Assembly (NCBI GenBank): GCA_009602725.1
Contig: WELB01000032.1
Span: forward strand, 509,719-549,270
Source of the DNA: Spirogloea muscicola
Lineage: Eukaryota
Direction: 5' to 3'
Length of the DNA: 39,552 bases
Both the position numbers and the translations under genes were made by a program. Below are positions 34,758-39,552 of the stretch, piece after piece. Every line of letters begins with the position of its first letter. The first letter of the stretch is position 1. The notes under the pieces were generated by a model. That model was not told where the DNA came from and did not search any database. It saw nothing but the letters and a program-made list of their open reading frames with translations.

Positions 34758-37554
34758 AGCCGCGGCAGTATTCTTGGGCGGCCTCAAGTCGTGCTGCGCG
34801 GCGGGCCTCGCCTGCGCGCTGGCTATGCGGTCGTTCGATCCCGCGGCGGCGCCCGTCAGCCAGCTGGAGAGCGGGCGCTTCCCCTGCGAGGACGTGGGGG
34901 CCTACTACGCTCCCGCCGACGGGCTGGCGGGCGCGCCATTGAAGGACGCCCTCCTGCGCATCATCGGGGGCCACGCCGTTGTGCCATACCCTCAGGTGCT
35001 TCAGTCACGGCCAGCACAGGGCTGCAGGAGATGGCAAAGCCAATTCGCCATGGAGGCTTGTGGTCCACCTCGACAATCAGTGTGCGGCAGGAAGGTCGCG
35101 CTGCCAGGAGAATGGCCGCTTTTGCTGAAGCGGCCATTCGTGCGTTGGTGAAGGACGACTCAGGTCTGGGGCGCCCTGAAGCTCCTTGATGCTGCTGATG
35201 AGGACGACCCCGAGCTGTCCGAGGACATGTGAGCATCACTGAATGAGCGAACGATCCACTGGTGGTCGCAGCGGAAGCACTGCTAACAGAGGTTTACTGC
35301 ATCATCCGCTTCACATGCTTGGCAAGGCAGCTACTCACTGGGTTGGTCACCACGTGTGTCTTTGCAGCATTGAAATCTACAGGCAGAGGAGAGCTCCCAA
35401 AGACATGGCAGCCAAGCCTGATGGCTGGAACCGTGAGTTCTTGGCGTCCGACATGACATGGTTTACTTTATGGTCATCAGCCTCTTCTTAGTAGCGGTCA
35501 CATCTTCACTGAAACAGGGCTCGCACAGGCTCCTACAAGCGACTGAAGCACAGCGGTGTATGGGGCATGGACGTGCACAGGGGAGCATCTGTGGCCGCGG
35601 TCGTACGGCCTTGTGGCAGGTCATCCAGAGTTCTCAGATCTTCACAATATCAGGCCCGCTGACATCAACGGTGAGACTATGTTATGCTGCAATGACAACT
35701 TAGCAGAGTAGCGGAAGTACTGTTGCTTGGCACTCACACACTGCTGGCTAGGTTCTAGGTAGCTCCTGAAGGTTTCGTGCTTGAGTGCCTAACCTTCTTT
35801 CGGGCATCTCACAAGCACAATTTCTACAGCATCAGCAGGCAATCATTCAGTCGCGGATAGGTCTCCAGGTTTCCTCCTGTTTGCATAAATTATGGCCAAG
35901 TTGATCGATTCGAGTGCCTCCGCTTCACTCCAGTGAACTCATCGAGAGGCAACAAGTGGTACGGGGAATGCAGTCCCGTGGTCGACAGGGCGTGCCTGCA
36001 GCCTGCGAATATAGAAGCTGCTCCAGACACCGCGACTAATCATGATGTCTGGACTCCCCCGGCTCAGGTAGATCATGTCGTACTATTGGACTACAAGTCC
36101 TCCTCCTCTGGTCCTTAGGAGTCTGCTTGCTTAGTAGTAGCAAAGGCACGCTGCATGCTTACCCGGTGAACAGCTCTTTGCAAGATACATTTTTGATACT
36201 CTTCTGGCGTGGAAGTTTCCTGGGCTCATCTTCCTTTAGCTTGTGACCGTGCCTCATTCACAAGGTCAGAGGAGATATTGCACGTGCACTGCTGTACATG
36301 GCTGTGAGATATGAGGGCCAGGATCCAAACACCTTCAACCTTGAGCTCTCTGACAAGCCAAGCATTGGTACGTTCAGCAGCACGGAGCCATTCCTGCATT
36401 TGTCACCAGTGGTTATACTCCAGTTGCTCCAATGGTCATATGAATTCGCCAGAGATTTGAATATATGAGGATTGGCTTCTGAAGCTCTTGAGGACTTATA
36501 GAGGCAGAGTTGTTTGTTGAATCATGTTACTGTGAACCAGCTGAAGCACGAATGGGCCTTCTCTCAATTCTGCTGAGATGGAGTGAGCAAGATCCCCCGT
36601 CAATCAGCGAGAAAATGCGCAACTCGCGAGTCTGCTCGTTGTTTCAGCACAATCGGAATCCCTTTGTGGACCATCCAGAGTATGTCCAGTACCTATATAC
36701 AACCATGCCACCACCTGACTCTCTGCAAAGGCCATCTGCAAAAGCACAGGAGGCTCTGCCTTATTCACCAATTGGTGAAAGTGCGGCCAGCACAAAGGCG
36801 AGGAGCACATCTCCACGTAGTCCTGGACCTTCTGTGCCCGTGACGGAGGCCTGGATCAATGAATTGCATTATGACAATGTGGGCAAGGATAAAGACGAGG
36901 TCAGTTCTTGCGACCATACCCCCCTTGCGGCCAGTAATTACAGCAACTGTAATGCTGTGGCCCTTCAAACATAGAAGCAGTTGATCATGGCAGGGCGCAT
37001 CCCTGGCAGCATATAAGAAGATTATTTCCATGATACATGGTTGTGTCACGTCAGAAAACCTGACAGCAACCACTGTCTGCTGGCTGCAGTTTGTGGAGGT
37101 TGTGGTGGGTCCGAATGTCAATCTTGACAGCCTCGTTATCTACCTTTACAATGGCAGCAATGGATTGGTCTATAAAACCCTTCCTGTTGCCGGCTTCAAA
37201 GCAGGCCAAAGGACTCCAAGAGGCCAGATCGTCTTTGTGGCTCAGCTACCCCCGGACTCCATACAGAATGGGCCCGGGGATGGAGTAGCGCTGGTGCTGC
37301 GGAGTGGGGCCACATTGCAGCCTCAGGTCCTCCAGTTCGTATCGTATGGGGGCAGGCTGACCGCAAAAGGCGGACCAGCCAAAGGCCACACGTCTGTCGA
37401 TGTTGGTGTCCAAGAGGGCAGCAAGGCCTCGCCGCAGTCATCAATCGGCCTGTCAGGAAGTGGCAGCAAGTACAGCAACTTCCAGTGGGTGCGTTTTGGC
37501 ACCAGTGCTTCACCAGGCCTGCTGAATGAGCATCAGGTTATTTCTCCTGAGTAG
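34680..37554 (+). CDS. Endonuclease I family (His-Me finger, Bsn/extracellular ribonuclease-like) nuclease with C-terminal lamin-tail-like domain; start uncertain (in the gap or at ATG ~34825)
   Basis: YYAPADGLAGAPLKDALLRIIGGH..PY / VWGALKLLD / IEIY..DGWNR / EHLWPRSYG..SDLHNIRPADIN / VNSSRGNK / VRGDIARALLYMAVRY / LLRWSEQDPP..RN..QHNRNPFVDHPE; Pro/Ser linker; AWINELHYDNVGKDKDE / FVEV..YLYNGSNG..QNGPGDGVALV..QFVSYGG. Stop ends at 37554. Confidence 0.92.
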
Positions 37555-37859
37555 GGACTGCAGCAAGATCTTGGAGCTGGAGCCCACAAAGGGTCGCAAT
37601 GCCCTGGCCAGGCATTCAGTTGGCATGACGACCAGAAGCTTTGGTGGCTGGAGACCCCCTCAGAGCAGCTTATGTCATGTCTTTATGGACGTATTCCTGC
37701 TTTAGTAGCAAGGGCTGGCAGGTCCTCAACAACCGTAGTCAATTAACTGCGTGGAACACTATGGAAGCCCCTATAGATGGTGGCAGTCATCAAAAGGGGC
37801 CAGGTTTGCAGCCTAGTCTGCTGGTAGCTACTGAAGTCTCATCAGCGTTGGCGCAAAAG

Positions 37860-39552
<1,693 letters not shown>

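Noticed and set aside
33895..35189. ORFs spanning the N gap that suggest aldolase-nuclease fusions
   Set aside because: They arise from translating through Ns; the two genes are on opposite strands.

Overview
Eukaryotic, intron-rich, GC-rich genomic DNA with land-plant-like genes. A streptophyte green alga is the most likely source (inference). Spliced genes, left to right: 3' end of an unknown gene, RAD5A (HIRAN-SNF2-RING, minus), COX23-like twin CX9C protein (minus), TRM1 (plus), two tandem kynurenine-3-monooxygenase-like FAD monooxygenases (plus), an HpcH/HpaI aldolase (minus) head-to-head across an N gap with an Endonuclease I family nuclease (plus), and a 5'-truncated LRR/F-box-like gene (minus) ending at a poly-T run. 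The intergenic DNA holds about 12 5'-truncated fragments of at least 3-4 related RLE-type (CRE-like) non-LTR retrotransposon families. At 11.66-12.74 kb four insertions are nested, each bounded by an exact target-site duplication. Two of them are near-identical 62-63 nt tail-only insertions. These elements end in T/C-rich tails after a conserved hairpin rather than in poly(A). Four copies sit in or beside a ~111-bp minisatellite at 29-31 kb. Exon coordinates were read by eye and may be off by a few bases.
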